A DNA stretch of 64,000 nt, from contig JBHELY010000011.1 of the NCBI GenBank assembly GCA_046262815.1, forward strand, positions 1,783 to 65,782, written 5' to 3'. The DNA comes from Chthoniobacterales bacterium. Lineage in GTDB: Bacteria; Verrucomicrobiota; Verrucomicrobiia; Chthoniobacterales; UBA10450. Made by a program: the position numbers and the translations under genes. Positions 16,985 through 27,738 of the stretch are shown here, piece after piece; position 1 is the stretch's first letter; the number at the start of each line of letters is the position of its first letter. The notes under the pieces are model-generated. The model did not search any database, was not told where the DNA came from, and was given only the letters and a program-made list of their open reading frames with translations.

Positions 16985-19900
16985 CTAATCGCGTTCCAGA
17001 GTTGCCGGCATTGCATTCCAGCCGCCGAACGTTTGTTCATTGACGGCGACTTTCGCGGGCGGGGCGGGAATTGGTTCCTTGCCTTTCGTTTTCAAGGCGT
17101 TGTTCAACGCGGGCAGATCTTTCGTGACGACGTTTTCAAAATCGCGCGTGACATCGCCGAGTTCTTTCCGTAACGCGTCGATCCGGGCGATCTGGTAATC
17201 GCCGGGTTTGCCTTCATAGGCGAGGATCGCGCCGTAGAGGTGGTCGGTATGTTCGCGTAACCGTTCTTCGCCGGTGATCGCGCCGCCTTCGGTCGTGGCC
17301 ACGATCTGTTTGCGGACGGCGTCGATTTTGCCGTCGAAGTCGCTCAGCAGTTTGCGGCTCTCGTCGGTTTCAGGCAGCGCGTTTTTGCTTTTCGCCACTG
17401 CGCCGCGCAAGAAGAGGATGCGATCCATCAAGGCGCTTTCCTCGCCGAAGAGGGCGTGCACTTTCATCGCGGCATCGTATTGCGCTTTGCGATCTGCTTC
17501 GTTGAATTTCGCGCGCCGATCGAGGCCGACGGTGAGTTTTGTTTCAGAAACTTTTCCGGCTTTGGTCATCCGAACGGTGTAGGTGCCGGGCAGGGCGCGC
17601 GGCCCTTGCGTGCCAGCTCCCGCGATCTGGACCGCGGGCGGAACCCGCGGCGGTTTCTCGCGCATTCCCCAAATGACGCGATTCAATCCCGCGCGTTTAC
17701 TCGCGGGCAAATCGGCGACGACCTTCCCGGTCGAATCGAGGACTTCGATCTTCAATTTGCCGAAGAGATGCCGCGTTTTCTGGTAGTAAGTGATGACCGC
17801 GGCATCCGGCGGATTATCGCCCACGAATGTAGCCGAGCCGCTGGCCCAGCCGCCGTTCGCATCGATCCGTTGCTGGACCGGGCGCGCGGAAACAAACATC
17901 GCTTCCGAATTCAGCACTTCCGGCGTCAACGCGCGCCACGGAGAAATGTCGTCGATCACCCAGATGCCGCGGCCGTGGGTAGCGAGCACCAGATCGTGAT
18001 CGCGCGGATGCACGGCGAGATCGCGCACCGCGACGGCTGGGAAGTGATTGCCCTTGAATTGCGCCCAGTTCTTTCCGCCGTCGATCGAAACGAAAAGTCC
18101 GAACTCGGTGCCAACGAAAACGAGGTCCTTGTTCACGAGATCGTCTTTCACGACGTGGGCGTAACCACGGACGCCTTTCGGATCCTGCGGGGTGATCAAC
18201 GGCGTCCAGGTCTTGCCGTAATCGGTCGTGCGGAAAACGTACGGCGCCATGTCGCCAAAGGTATGGCGATCGAACGCCGCGTAAGCCGTGCCGGCGTCGA
18301 AGTTCCCCGCCTGCACCCAGCTCACCCACGAGTTCTTGGGCAGGTTCGGCACGTTGCCGACAACGTTTGTCCAGTTCTTCGCGCCATCGCGCGTCACCTG
18401 GACGTTGCCGTCATCGGTCCCGACCCAGATCACGTTTTTGTCCTTGGGCGATTCGCTGATGGAATAAATCGTCGTGTGCATTTCCGCGGCGGAATTGTCG
18501 ATCGTCACGCCGCCGGATTGTTCCTGCTTCTGTTTCTCCGGATCGTTCGTGCTCAAGTCCGGCGAAATCCGGTCCCAGGTCTGGCCGTGATCGCGCGAGC
18601 GAAATAGGAACTGCGCGCCGATATAGATCGTGCTCTTCTCGTTGGGCGAAAGGGCGATCGGCGTGTTCCAATTCCAGCGCAGCTTTTCCTTGTAGTTCGC
18701 CTTCGGCTGAATATCGCGCCGCTCGTGCGTGTAACGATTCACCCGCCCGACGAATCCGCCCTGTGCTTCCGCGTAAAGATAATCGGGATCGCTCGGGTCC
18801 GGGAACATCCAGAAGCCGTCGCCGCCGTACATATTTTCCCACTGCGAATTAGCGACACCGCCCGGGTATTGCGACTGCCCGACCCACGAACTGTTGTCCT
18901 GCAAGCCGCCGTAAACGCGGAACGGATCGGCGTCGTCGAGACTGACGTGATAGAACTGCGAGATCGGGAGGTTCTCCGCCTTCCACCATTTCGCGCCGCC
19001 GTTGTAGGAATAATAAACGCCGCCATCATCGCCCGAGATCACGGTCTGGGTATTGGTTGGATCGATCCAGATCGCGTGGAGATCGCCGTGCGCGCCCGCG
19101 AATCCGCCCACGACCGCGAAGCTCTTCCCACCGTCCTCACTCATGATCAGCGGCCCGTCCGTCTTGAAAACGCGATCCGGATTTTTCGGATCGACGATTA
19201 ACTGCGCGAAATAAAACGGACGCCAGACCATCCAGCTGCTTTTATCGCGCTTGTCCCAGGTCGCGCCGCCGTCATCGGAAACGAAGAGCGCGCTGTCCGC
19301 CGATTCGACGACGCAATAGACGCGTTTCGGGTTCGATGGCGCGATCGCCACCGCGAGCCGGCCGTACGGTTTCTTCGGGAAACCTTTGTTGGCTTCCGGC
19401 GTCACTTCGGTCCAGGTCGCGCCGCCATCCGCCGAGCGAAACAGTCCGCTGCCCGACGGTTTGTCCGGACCGTCCCCGCCGGAACGGAAGGTCCAGCCTT
19501 TCCGCCGGAAATCCCACATGCAGGCAAAGAGCACGTTCGGATCGTTCGGGTCCATCGCGACCCACGACGCGCCCGTCGAAGGATTCGCGCCTTTCAAAAC
19601 CAGGTTCCAGGTCTTGCCGCCATCCGTCGTTTTGTAGAGACCGCGGTCGGTCGAATCGCTCCAGAGATTGCCGGGCACCGCCGCATAAACGGTGTCGCTG
19701 CTCGCGGGGCTCACCAGGATTTTCGCGATCCGTTCCGATTTCTCGAGTCCGGAAAAAGTCCAGGTCTCGCCACCGTCATTCGATTTGTAAATGCCGTTGC
19801 CGATCGAAACGCTGTTGCGCGTCCAGCTTTCGCCGGTGCCGACCCAGATGTTTTTCGGATTTTTGGGATCGAGCGTGATCGCGCCGATCGATTGCACCGG

Positions 19901-20173
19901 CTGCTCGTCGAACACCGGCTTGAAACGCGTGCCGCTGTCTTCGGATTTCCAGACGCCGCCACTGGCTGAGCCGATGAAGATCGTCATTTTGCCGCTCGGC
20001 TCGCGGATCGCGTCGATTGCCGCGACGCGGCCGCTCATCGCAGCCGAGCCGATGTTGCGCGCGCCCAAGCCTGAGATCGTGCCGGAATTGAATGGGGCCG
20101 GAGTTGGATCCGCCGCAAGAACGGCGCCGGCGAAACAAATTGCGAGAATGAGAGAATATTTAATAGAGCGCAT
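16985..20173 (-). CDS. BNR/Sortilin-Vps10-type double beta-propeller exported protein (glycosidase-like)
   Basis: 1062 aa with a signal peptide. Many S-x-D-x-G-x-T-W BNR-like repeats (SNDGGETW, TTDGGKTW, SADGGATW, SDDGGATW, SRDHGQTW). Confidence 0.75.
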   Translation of the reverse strand: MRSIKYSLILAICFAGAVLAADPTPAPFNSGTISGLGARNIGSAAMSGRVAAIDAIREPSGKMTIFIGSASGGVWKSEDSGTRFKPVFDEQPVQSIGAITLDPKNPKNIWVGTGESWTRNSVSIGNGIYKSNDGGETWTFSGLEKSERIAKILVSPASSDTVYAAVPGNLWSDSTDRGLYKTTDGGKTWNLVLKGANPSTGASWVAMDPNDPNVLFACMWDFRRKGWTFRSGGDGPDKPSGSGLFRSADGGATWTEVTPEANKGFPKKPYGRLAVAIAPSNPKRVYCVVESADSALFVSDDGGATWDKRDKSSWMVWRPFYFAQLIVDPKNPDRVFKTDGPLIMSEDGGKSFAVVGGFAGAHGDLHAIWIDPTNTQTVISGDDGGVYYSYNGGAKWWKAENLPISQFYHVSLDDADPFRVYGGLQDNSSWVGQSQYPGGVANSQWENMYGGDGFWMFPDPSDPDYLYAEAQGGFVGRVNRYTHERRDIQPKANYKEKLRWNWNTPIALSPNEKSTIYIGAQFLFRSRDHGQTWDRISPDLSTNDPEKQKQEQSGGVTIDNSAAEMHTTIYSISESPKDKNVIWVGTDDGNVQVTRDGAKNWTNVVGNVPNLPKNSWVSWVQAGNFDAGTAYAAFDRHTFGDMAPYVFRTTDYGKTWTPLITPQDPKGVRGYAHVVKDDLVNKDLVFVGTEFGLFVSIDGGKNWAQFKGNHFPAVAVRDLAVHPRDHDLVLATHGRGIWVIDDISPWRALTPEVLNSEAMFVSARPVQQRIDANGGWASGSATFVGDNPPDAAVITYYQKTRHLFGKLKIEVLDSTGKVVADLPASKRAGLNRVIWGMREKPPRVPPAVQIAGAGTQGPRALPGTYTVRMTKAGKVSETKLTVGLDRRAKFNEADRKAQYDAAMKVHALFGEESALMDRILFLRGAVAKSKNALPETDESRKLLSDFDGKIDAVRKQIVATTEGGAITGEERLREHTDHLYGAILAYEGKPGDYQIARIDALRKELGDVTRDFENVVTKDLPALNNALKTKGKEPIPAPPAKVAVNEQTFGGWNAMPATLERD

Positions 20174-20178
20174 GGGAT

Positions 20179-20943
20179 TTATTTGGAAGCGGTCGTCGCG
20201 GGAAATTTGAAAATCGTGTCGTCGATGGGCGAATTCGCCTCGGCTTTGTCGAAAATGATTTTCTGTTTATCGGTCGAGCCTTTCTCACCGCCCTCGATCG
20301 AGAACGGGAAAAAGACGCCGTTGATCTTTTCGTAATCGCCAATGTCGGTCTCGGTCTCGACTTGGGCGCCGTTCTTAGTCCGCTGAGTGATGACGCGAAT
20401 TTCGAGGAAGTGATCGGGATCGAGATAAACGTAATTGATGTCGCCGTTCTTGCGCACGACCCGCAGCTTGTGCGCCATGGTTCCGTCCACGTCTTCCGTT
20501 CCGAGATACTCGACCGTGCTTCCTTTTTCTTTCCAATTGATGAGCGGCCCGTCGATCTCGGCGTCCTCGATCAATTCCTTCGAGTCGTCCGCCGAAATTT
20601 TTTCCGGATCTTTGCGCCCTTGGAACGGCGAGATCTTCCAGCCTTGGGTGCCGTCAAACGCATCGATCCGCGTCATCCCTTGCAACGTCGTTTCTTCGCG
20701 GACCGCGCCCGGGCGTTTCTTCACGAGCATGTAACCCAGTTCCAGTTTCCCATCGTTGACCACCATTTTTCCCTGGAGCTTCAACGACGTCACCGCGGCC
20801 AGCGCCTGAGCGCCGCCTTTTGCTTCGGTGTTTTTCGCGACCAGCGTGTCGACGGTTTCCTTTACCTTGATCGACTCCGGTCCCTGCGCATAAAGGCCGG
20901 CCGCTACGAGCGAACCGGCGATGAGGACGACAATTCTTTTCAT
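20179..20943 (-). CDS. LolA-like outer-membrane lipoprotein-sorting family protein (tentative)
   Basis: ORF 20179..21108 trimmed to ATG 20943 (MKRIVVLIAGSLVAAGLYAQG). It lies 5 nt upstream of the BNR gene. Confidence 0.55.
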   Translation of the reverse strand: MKRIVVLIAGSLVAAGLYAQGPESIKVKETVDTLVAKNTEAKGGAQALAAVTSLKLQGKMVVNDGKLELGYMLVKKRPGAVREETTLQGMTRIDAFDGTQGWKISPFQGRKDPEKISADDSKELIEDAEIDGPLINWKEKGSTVEYLGTEDVDGTMAHKLRVVRKNGDINYVYLDPDHFLEIRVITQRTKNGAQVETETDIGDYEKINGVFFPFSIEGGEKGSTDKQKIIFDKAEANSPIDDTIFKFPATTASK

Positions 20944-21077
20944 AAAAATGGATTCCAAAATCGCGGCGCACTTTACGCGGCGAAACGCGACCCCCGTGGC
21001 GGAGCGACCCCGGTGTCTCGTTCCTTCTCTTTTAGAAGCTTGAACGTCTTCGCGCAACCCACTAATTCTGGCTTCGC

Positions 21078-21821
21078 ATGAATGGTCAGCCGCCACCGCC
21101 ACCGCCACCGCCGCCGCCCGCGGCGCCAGTTCCTCCGAGCCCGCCCGCCCCCGTCTATTATCCGCCCCCGCGCCAGGGCATGGGCTGTTTCGCCAAGGGT
21201 TGTCTCACCGTTCTCATCGCTGGGTTTCTCTGCATCGCCATCGTCGGCATCGGCGGCTGGTTCTTTTATAAGAAGACCCTTAACAACCTGACCTCGACCG
21301 CGCCGGCCGATGTCCAGGTGCAAAAACCCACCGCCGACCAGGTCAAGACCGCGGAGGATTCCGCCGCGCGCCTCGACGAAGCGATCGCGCGCAATCAGGA
21401 AACGACTCTCGAATTCACCGGGCCGGAACTGAATTACCTGCTCCAGCGAAATAGCGACTGGGATTTCCTCCGTGGCCGCACCCGGATCGACATCGCCGAT
21501 TCCACCATGACAGTCGCGATGAGCGCGCCGCTCGATTCTCTCCCGTGGCCGAGCCTGAAAGGGCGCTGGTTCAACGGCACGGTGCGTTTCAGCATGACCT
21601 ACATGTCGGGCTCGTTTCAGTTCGAGCTCATTTCGGCCGAAGCGAACGGCAACCAATTCCCGAGCAAGTTTCTCTCCAGCTTCAACTCCTCTTTTAACCA
21701 GAGCGCGAATGAAGAATTCCGGAAGGACCTGGAAAAGAATCGCGCGAGCGAATTCTGGAACCACGTCAAAAGCGTTTCGCTCCAAGACGATAAACTGATC
21801 CTCACTACCAAGCCGGATTGA
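21078..21821 (+). CDS. single-pass membrane protein with poly-Pro N-terminus, hypothetical
   Basis: 247 aa. MNGQPPPPPPPPPPAAPVPP followed by a TM helix (LTVLIAGFLCIAIVGIGGWFF). Confidence 0.6.
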   Translation: MNGQPPPPPPPPPPAAPVPPSPPAPVYYPPPRQGMGCFAKGCLTVLIAGFLCIAIVGIGGWFFYKKTLNNLTSTAPADVQVQKPTADQVKTAEDSAARLDEAIARNQETTLEFTGPELNYLLQRNSDWDFLRGRTRIDIADSTMTVAMSAPLDSLPWPSLKGRWFNGTVRFSMTYMSGSFQFELISAEANGNQFPSKFLSSFNSSFNQSANEEFRKDLEKNRASEFWNHVKSVSLQDDKLILTTKPD

Positions 21822-21851
21822 TGTCAGGGACGCGGCAGCGCGCCGTCACCA

Positions 21852-22835
21852 TCAAAGGTCACGAAAAACTTCCGCCGCGATTTCGAACGAACGCAATCGA
21901 GCAGCGTGATCGAAGAATTGGCCGGTGGCGATGATTTCGTCGGCGTGGGTCTGATCCAGAAATTCCTGGAAGCGTCGGCGAATTGTTTCGGGTGAACCGA
22001 CCGCAGCGTAGCGCGTCCGCTGATCGATCGCGGCCCGCTCTGGCGGTGTGCAAAGAGCGTCGATCGAATCAACGGGCGGCGGAAGTTTCCCGGGACGGCC
22101 GCGGACCAGAGTGAGGAATTGTAATTGCGCCGAAGTGAAAAACCGGCGCGCTTCGGCGTCGGTTTCAGCAGCGAAAACGCCGGCGCCGATGATGACATAC
22201 GGTTTGTCGAGCTGCGGGGATGGCTGGAAATCGCGGCGATAAAGATGGAGCGCGACTTCGAGATATTCCGGCGCGAAGTGCGACGCGAAGGCGAACGGCA
22301 GGCCGAGCTCAGCGGCAAGCCGCGCGCTGAAATCGCTCGAGCCAAGAAGATAGAGCGGCACGTTGAGGCCGGCGCCTGGAATCGCCTGGACTCCGTCCGA
22401 CGTGCCCCCGAAATACGATTGCAGCTCGAGAACGTCCTGCGGAAAGGTGTCGCCGCCGCTCCCGAGATTCCGGCGTAACGCGCGCGCGGTGCGCTGATCG
22501 CTTCCGGGCGCGCGGCCGAGCCCGAGATCGATCCGGCCCGGGAAAAGGGATTCGAGAGTGCCGAACTGCTCCGCGATCACCAGCGGCGCGTGGTTCGGCA
22601 ACATGATCCCGCCCGCGCCGACCCGGATCGTTTTCGTTTTCCCGGCGACATGACAAATCGCAACCGACGTCGCCGCGCTCGCGATCCCCGGCAGGTTGTG
22701 ATGTTCCGCGAGCCAGTAGCGATGATAACCCCATTGCTCCGCGTGCTGCGCGAGATCGACCGTGTTGCGAAAGGCGAGCGCCGCATTGCCGCCTTCGATG
22801 ATGGGTGAGAGATCGAGAATCGAGAGGTGCGGCAT
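21852..22835 (-). CDS. LLM-class flavin-dependent oxidoreductase
   Basis: 327 aa. LDLSPI...[13 protein letters not shown] is typical of luciferase-like monooxygenases. Confidence 0.85.
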   Translation of the reverse strand: MPHLSILDLSPIIEGGNAALAFRNTVDLAQHAEQWGYHRYWLAEHHNLPGIASAATSVAICHVAGKTKTIRVGAGGIMLPNHAPLVIAEQFGTLESLFPGRIDLGLGRAPGSDQRTARALRRNLGSGGDTFPQDVLELQSYFGGTSDGVQAIPGAGLNVPLYLLGSSDFSARLAAELGLPFAFASHFAPEYLEVALHLYRRDFQPSPQLDKPYVIIGAGVFAAETDAEARRFFTSAQLQFLTLVRGRPGKLPPPVDSIDALCTPPERAAIDQRTRYAAVGSPETIRRRFQEFLDQTHADEIIATGQFFDHAARLRSFEIAAEVFRDL

Positions 22836-22874
22836 GGCAAAATCTAATCGCTTGGCGCAACGGTGAAAGCCGTC

Positions 22875-22899
22875 CTAGTTAACGTCGACGATTAACTAG
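22875..22899. promoter_or_regulatory. 25-bp near-perfect palindrome in a divergent promoter region
   Basis: CTAGTTAACGTCGACGATTAACTAG ends 1 nt before the ADH start codon. Confidence 0.5.
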
Positions 22900-22900
22900 T

Positions 22901-23947
22901 ATGTCCTCGACCAAAGGCTACGCCGCCCGCTCCAAGACTTCGCCGCTCGCGCCCTTCTCTTTCGATCGCCGCGATCCGGGACCGAATGACGTTCAGATCG
23001 ACATCCTTTTCTGCGGCGTTTGCCATTCCGATATCCACACGGCGCGCGGAGAATGGGGTGGCACAAAATATCCCTGCGTCCCCGGTCACGAGATCGTCGG
23101 CCGCGTTGTGAAAGTCGGACGCAACGTTAAAAAGTTCCGCGAAGGCGAGCTCGCCGCGGTCGGGTGCATGGTCGATTCCTGCCGGACCTGCCAGAATTGC
23201 CGCGACCATCTCGAGCAATTTTGCGACAACGGCCCGGTCTTCACTTACAACAGCGACGACAAACACACCGGCGCCACCACCTATGGCGGTTACTCAAAGA
23301 GCATCGTCGTCGGCCAGGATTTCGTCCTCCGCATTTCCGACAAACTCGATCTCGCCGCGACCGCCCCGCTTTTGTGCGCCGGGATCACGACCTATTCGCC
23401 GCTGCGTCATTGGAAAATTGGCAAAGGCCACAAGGTCGGCGTCGTGGGTCTCGGCGGACTCGGCCACATGGGAGTGAAATTCGCGCACGCGTTCGGCGCG
23501 GACGTAGCGCTCTTCACCACTTCGCCTAACAAAACAGCGGACGCGAAAAAACTCGGCGCGCATGAAGTGATTCTCTCGAAGAACGAGGACGAAATGGAGA
23601 AGCACGAGAAAACTTTCGATTTCATTCTCGATACCGTGTCGGCGCCGCACGACATCGACGCTTACCTGTCGTTACTGAAACGCGACGGCACACTAGTGTT
23701 GGTCGGCGCTTCGCCGGACCCGCTCGCTGTCGATGCCTTCAGCGTCATTCATCGTCGCCGAAGTCTCGCGGGCTCACTCATCGGCGGCATCGCCGAGACC
23801 CAGGAGATGCTCAATTACTGCGCCGAACGAGACATCGTTTGCGACATCGAAAAAATTGAAATGAGCCAGATCAACGAAGCTTATGAACGGATGCTGAAGA
23901 GCGACGTGAAATACCGCTTCGTGATCGATCTGGCATCGCTCACCTGA
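22901..23947 (+). CDS. zinc-dependent NAD(P) alcohol dehydrogenase (CAD/YahK-like)
   Basis: 348 aa with GVCHSDIH and GLGGLGHMGVKFA motifs. Confidence 0.85.
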   Translation: MSSTKGYAARSKTSPLAPFSFDRRDPGPNDVQIDILFCGVCHSDIHTARGEWGGTKYPCVPGHEIVGRVVKVGRNVKKFREGELAAVGCMVDSCRTCQNCRDHLEQFCDNGPVFTYNSDDKHTGATTYGGYSKSIVVGQDFVLRISDKLDLAATAPLLCAGITTYSPLRHWKIGKGHKVGVVGLGGLGHMGVKFAHAFGADVALFTTSPNKTADAKKLGAHEVILSKNEDEMEKHEKTFDFILDTVSAPHDIDAYLSLLKRDGTLVLVGASPDPLAVDAFSVIHRRRSLAGSLIGGIAETQEMLNYCAERDIVCDIEKIEMSQINEAYERMLKSDVKYRFVIDLASLT

Positions 23948-24315
23948 TGTTCTTCATCGAGGCCGACACCACCAGGCAGCTTCTTGTTCTGAGCGTCGCG
24001 GGAACGGTCACCGTCGACGAGGCGAGAGAAACGGTCGCGCGGGTCCGAGAAAAATTGCAGGACATGACGCCCGGTTTTGTTGCCCTGGCTGATTTTCGCT
24101 GGCTCGAATCGATGGCGACCGGCGCGGCGCCATTCGTCGCCGAGATCATGGATGCCTTTGCGGCGCAGAAAGTGAGCGCCGTTGTCCGAGTAATGCCGGA
24201 CCCGCATCGCGACATCGGCTTGAATATCCTCTCGCCGTTCCATTATGGGCGCGACGTGCGCCTTTTGACGTTCGAAACCCTGGCCGACGCGATTCAGGCG
24301 CTGGCGCGCGATTAG
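23947..24315 (+). CDS. hypothetical protein
   Basis: 122 aa. TGATG overlap with the ADH stop. No family recognised. Confidence 0.5.
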   Translation: MFFIEADTTRQLLVLSVAGTVTVDEARETVARVREKLQDMTPGFVALADFRWLESMATGAAPFVAEIMDAFAAQKVSAVVRVMPDPHRDIGLNILSPFHYGRDVRLLTFETLADAIQALARD

Positions 24316-24319
24316 CACG

Positions 24320-25252
24320 ATGCCAGAATCGCGAACTAAAATCGCGGCCATCGCCGCATTCGCCGCGCTCTGTCTCATCTGGAGCTCGACCTGGCTGGCC
24401 ATCAAGTTCGGCCTGCGTGATCTTCCCCCGATCTCTTTCGTCGCGATCCGGTTCTTAATCGCAGTCGTCGTTCTGCTCGCTATTTCGATCGGCCGCGTGC
24501 GCCTGGTTCCGCCGGACCGCGGCGATTTCAAGCTGCTTGCGTGGACGGGCGTCTTGATGTTCTGCGTCAATTACGCGTTGCTGTTCTGGGCGGAGCTTTA
24601 CGTTTCTTCCGGTCTCTCCGCGGTCCTGCAAGCGACGATTCCGATCTTCGGAATGGTCTTCGCGCACTTCATCATCCCGAACGAACCACTCCGCGGCGCG
24701 CGCATCGCCGGGGCGGTGCTCGCGCTTGGTGGCGTCGCGGTGATTTGCTCGCGGCTCCTGGATTTTGGTGGGCTCCTAGCGTTCTGGGGTGGCGTTGGGA
24801 TCGTGTTCGGCGCCGGGGGCGCGGCGTTCTCCAACGTCCTGCTGAAGGCGCGCGCGATTCGCCTCGCGCCGGCGATGATCGCCGCCTGGCAAATGATCTT
24901 CGGCCTCGTCCCGTTGCTCATCGCCGGATTTTTGTTCGAGGGAAACCCGCTCCATTTTCATTGGACGGCGCGCGCAACGTTCTGTCTGTTTTACCTGGCG
25001 ATCCCGGGCTCGGCGCTGGCCTTTCTGCTCCTCTATTGGCTGATGCCGCGAATGTCGGTCACGAATTTGCAAACCATCTCGTTCATTACGCCGCCGGGCG
25101 CGGTGCTCTTCGGCTGGCTCTTGGGCGGCGAAAGCTTCAATCTCTGGTCGCTCGGCGGCGGCGCGCTTATTCTCGCCGGCGTCTGGATGATTTTTCGGAA
25201 AGCGAAACCGACGGAGCTGGAGGAATGCGAAACGGCATTGCCACAGGGGTAA
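24320..25252 (+). CDS. EamA/DMT family transporter
   Basis: 310 aa. About 10 TM helices with the duplicated EamA pattern. Confidence 0.85.
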   Translation: MPESRTKIAAIAAFAALCLIWSSTWLAIKFGLRDLPPISFVAIRFLIAVVVLLAISIGRVRLVPPDRGDFKLLAWTGVLMFCVNYALLFWAELYVSSGLSAVLQATIPIFGMVFAHFIIPNEPLRGARIAGAVLALGGVAVICSRLLDFGGLLAFWGGVGIVFGAGGAAFSNVLLKARAIRLAPAMIAAWQMIFGLVPLLIAGFLFEGNPLHFHWTARATFCLFYLAIPGSALAFLLLYWLMPRMSVTNLQTISFITPPGAVLFGWLLGGESFNLWSLGGGALILAGVWMIFRKAKPTELEECETALPQG

Positions 25253-25257
25253 GGAAA

Positions 25258-25345
25258 GTGACGAGTGACATGTGACGTGTGACGAGTTGGCTTCGCGCGG
25301 CGCTATGTGATCTTTTCTCGTCACCCGTCAACCGTCACATGTCAC
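25258..25345. promoter_or_regulatory. heptad-phased inverted repeat: (GTGACNN)x4, 37-nt spacer, (GTCACNN)x4
   Basis: GTGAC occurs at 25258, 25265, 25272 and 25279. GTCAC or GTCAA occurs at 25320, 25327, 25334 and 25341. The arms match at 23 of 29 positions. The right arm contains the CYTH ATG. Confidence 0.5.
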
Positions 25346-25803
25346 CTTCTTCATCTCACGAGATCGAACGCAAATTTCTCGTCCGCAAAATGCCAGCTGA
25401 CCTAACGAGTTATCCGAGCAACGAAATTTCGCAGGGTTATTTGGTGAGCCTGGACGATGGGATGCAGGTGCGGCTGCGAAAAACCGGCGAGCGTTACTCC
25501 CTGACGTTCAAGCGCGGTACGGGAAACGTTCGGGAAGAGCGCGAAGTGGAACTGACCACCGCGCAATTCGATGCACTCTGGCCCGCCACAGCCGGGAAGC
25601 GGCTCGTGAAAACGCGCTATGAGATTCCGCTCGGCGACCGCGTCGTCGAAATCGATGTTTATCATGACCGTCACGAAGGCTTGATCGTAGCCGAAGTGGA
25701 ATTCGACGACGAAGCAGCGGCGAAGAATTTTGAGCCGCCGGATTGGCTGGGCGCCGATGTCACCGGCGATCCGCGCTACAGCAATCAACTCCTCGCGTCC
25801 TGA
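25339..25803 (+). CDS. CYTH-domain protein (triphosphatase/class IV cyclase fold)
   Basis: ORF 25279..25803 trimmed to ATG 25339. N-terminal EIERKFLV signature. Confidence 0.8.
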   Translation: MSPSSSHEIERKFLVRKMPADLTSYPSNEISQGYLVSLDDGMQVRLRKTGERYSLTFKRGTGNVREEREVELTTAQFDALWPATAGKRLVKTRYEIPLGDRVVEIDVYHDRHEGLIVAEVEFDDEAAAKNFEPPDWLGADVTGDPRYSNQLLAS

Positions 25804-25902
25804 CTCGTTACGATTATCTTGGCGGCAATGCGAGCAGCCTTGTTTTCTCCTGATCAGGCAAGGCGCTGCGGATCCTGTCTGTAAAGCTGGAAAGCATTTG
25901 CA

Positions 25903-26691
25903 TTACCGATTGAGTCCCGAGCGTGTCCACATGTTCCGCGACATAGGCCTCGGCAGCGTCGTGAATGAACGACCGCGCCAGCGACGCAACGTCTCTACTC
26001 CGGTCCAACAAAAGGCCAGCCAGGCCAGACCGACGGCAATCGCTCCGATGACGTCGGTAAAGTAATGCGCGCCCAAATAAATGCGGCTGGCTCCGATCAG
26101 TGCAATCGCTAACGCCGCAATCCATCCGACCAGTATTCGCCGCGACCAACGTTGGATCGAATACGCTACGATCAGCGCGAGCGCGCCGTAAAAGATGGTA
26201 GCGCCCATGGTGTGACCGCTGGGAAAGCCGTAGCTGGAAAGCGTGACGAGCGGATTCTCCAGCACCGGGCGCTGCCGATGAAAAAGATGCTTGAGCGCAA
26301 GATTCAGCAACGCGCCGCCGCCGACGGCCGATGCCAGCGCGATCAGGCGATAGAACGATTTGCGAATCGCCAGAACCACTCCCAGGAAAACCGCGGCGGA
26401 AGTTATGAAAAGAACCGAGCCAAAAAAAGTAATGGTTCGCGAAATCCTGGTCAGAAACGGAGTCGCGTGACCTGTGAACCAGGAGGTGATGTTTTCGTCC
26501 AGAACGCGCGTTGTGGCGTTTCGCGACATGTCTTCGGCGACGACTGCAAACCACCAGCCGGTCGCTATGATGACGAGCAAGCCGATTGTCAGATGCAGTC
26601 CGAAATAACCTTCCGGCGAGAGACGCGCCCGAAGGAACCGAAGTGGCCCCTCAAAACGGCGTGGCGTCGGTCCGGTCATTCCCGAATCCAT
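25903..26691 (-). CDS. PAP2-family phosphatase
   Basis: 262 aa with SFPSGHT and [13 protein letters not shown] motifs. Confidence 0.85.
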   Translation of the reverse strand: MDSGMTGPTPRRFEGPLRFLRARLSPEGYFGLHLTIGLLVIIATGWWFAVVAEDMSRNATTRVLDENITSWFTGHATPFLTRISRTITFFGSVLFITSAAVFLGVVLAIRKSFYRLIALASAVGGGALLNLALKHLFHRQRPVLENPLVTLSSYGFPSGHTMGATIFYGALALIVAYSIQRWSRRILVGWIAALAIALIGASRIYLGAHYFTDVIGAIAVGLAWLAFCWTGVETLRRWRGRSFTTLPRPMSRNMWTRSGLNR

Positions 26692-26831
26692 TCGTTTTCT
26701 GCGCGGCGGAATCCTTCATGATCACAGTCATCGCATTGGAATCGTTTGCGCGGGCCTTCCTGATGTCAGGGTGCGCGAAGAAAAATCAACAATTGAATCC
26801 GCGCGGCTTTTCCCGTTTATCTCAACGAGAC

Positions 26832-27626
26832 ATGCGCGAGTACCACGATCTTCTCCGGCTTGTTCTCGACCACGGCGCGCCGCGCGAAGATCGGACCGGG
26901 ACGGGGACGCTCTCGGTTTTCGGAGCGCAGGCGCGCTTCGATTTACGGGAAAGATTCCCGCTCCTGACGACAAAGAAGCTGCATTTGAAATCGATCATTC
27001 ACGAGCTGCTCTGGTTTTTGCGCGGGGACACAAACGTGCGGTCGCTCAACGAAAAGGGCGTGACGATCTGGGACGAATGGGCCGATGAGAATGGCGATCT
27101 CGGTCCGATCTACGGCGCGCAATGGGTCCGCTGGCGAAGCGTGGATGGCGCCCCGATCAATCAAATCGATGGCGTGATCGCAGATATAAAACGAAATCCG
27201 CAAAGCCGGCGTTTGATCGTGAATGCCTGGAACGCCGGCGAGTTGGAGAAAATGGCGTTGCCGCCCTGCCACGTCCTTTTCCAGTTCTACGTCAACGACG
27301 GCGAGCTGAGCTGTCAGCTTTACCAGCGGAGCGCCGATCTGTTTCTCGGCGTGCCATTCAATATCGCTTCGTACGCATTGCTCACAATGATGGTCGCGCA
27401 GGTCTGCGATCTACGACCGGCCGAATTCATCCATACTTTCGGCGATTTGCATCTTTACCGGAACCATCTCGAACAGGCGCGCGAACAATTGTCTCGGGAA
27501 TTCCGTCCTTTACCGCGGATGCAACTGAATCCGGCCGTGAAAAACATCGCGGACTTTCGCTTCGAGGATTTCACGCTTAGCGACTACGATCCGCATCCAG
27601 CGATCAAAGCACCGATCGCGGTTTAG
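26832..27626 (+). CDS. thyA: thymidylate synthase
   Basis: ORF 26586..27626 trimmed to ATG 26832, giving 264 aa. MREYHDLL...DRTGTGT...PPCH...[16 protein letters not shown]. Confidence 0.95.
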   Translation: MREYHDLLRLVLDHGAPREDRTGTGTLSVFGAQARFDLRERFPLLTTKKLHLKSIIHELLWFLRGDTNVRSLNEKGVTIWDEWADENGDLGPIYGAQWVRWRSVDGAPINQIDGVIADIKRNPQSRRLIVNAWNAGELEKMALPPCHVLFQFYVNDGELSCQLYQRSADLFLGVPFNIASYALLTMMVAQVCDLRPAEFIHTFGDLHLYRNHLEQAREQLSREFRPLPRMQLNPAVKNIADFRFEDFTLSDYDPHPAIKAPIAV

Positions 27627-27738
27627 GGATGTCTGCCCGACGCCAAGAAATCGCTCGTCCGTCGCAACCGAAACTGATTTAATTCGATCAGACCCCATTC
27701 ACCCCGGGGATCCCCATCAAACCCAAGGACAAATCATT

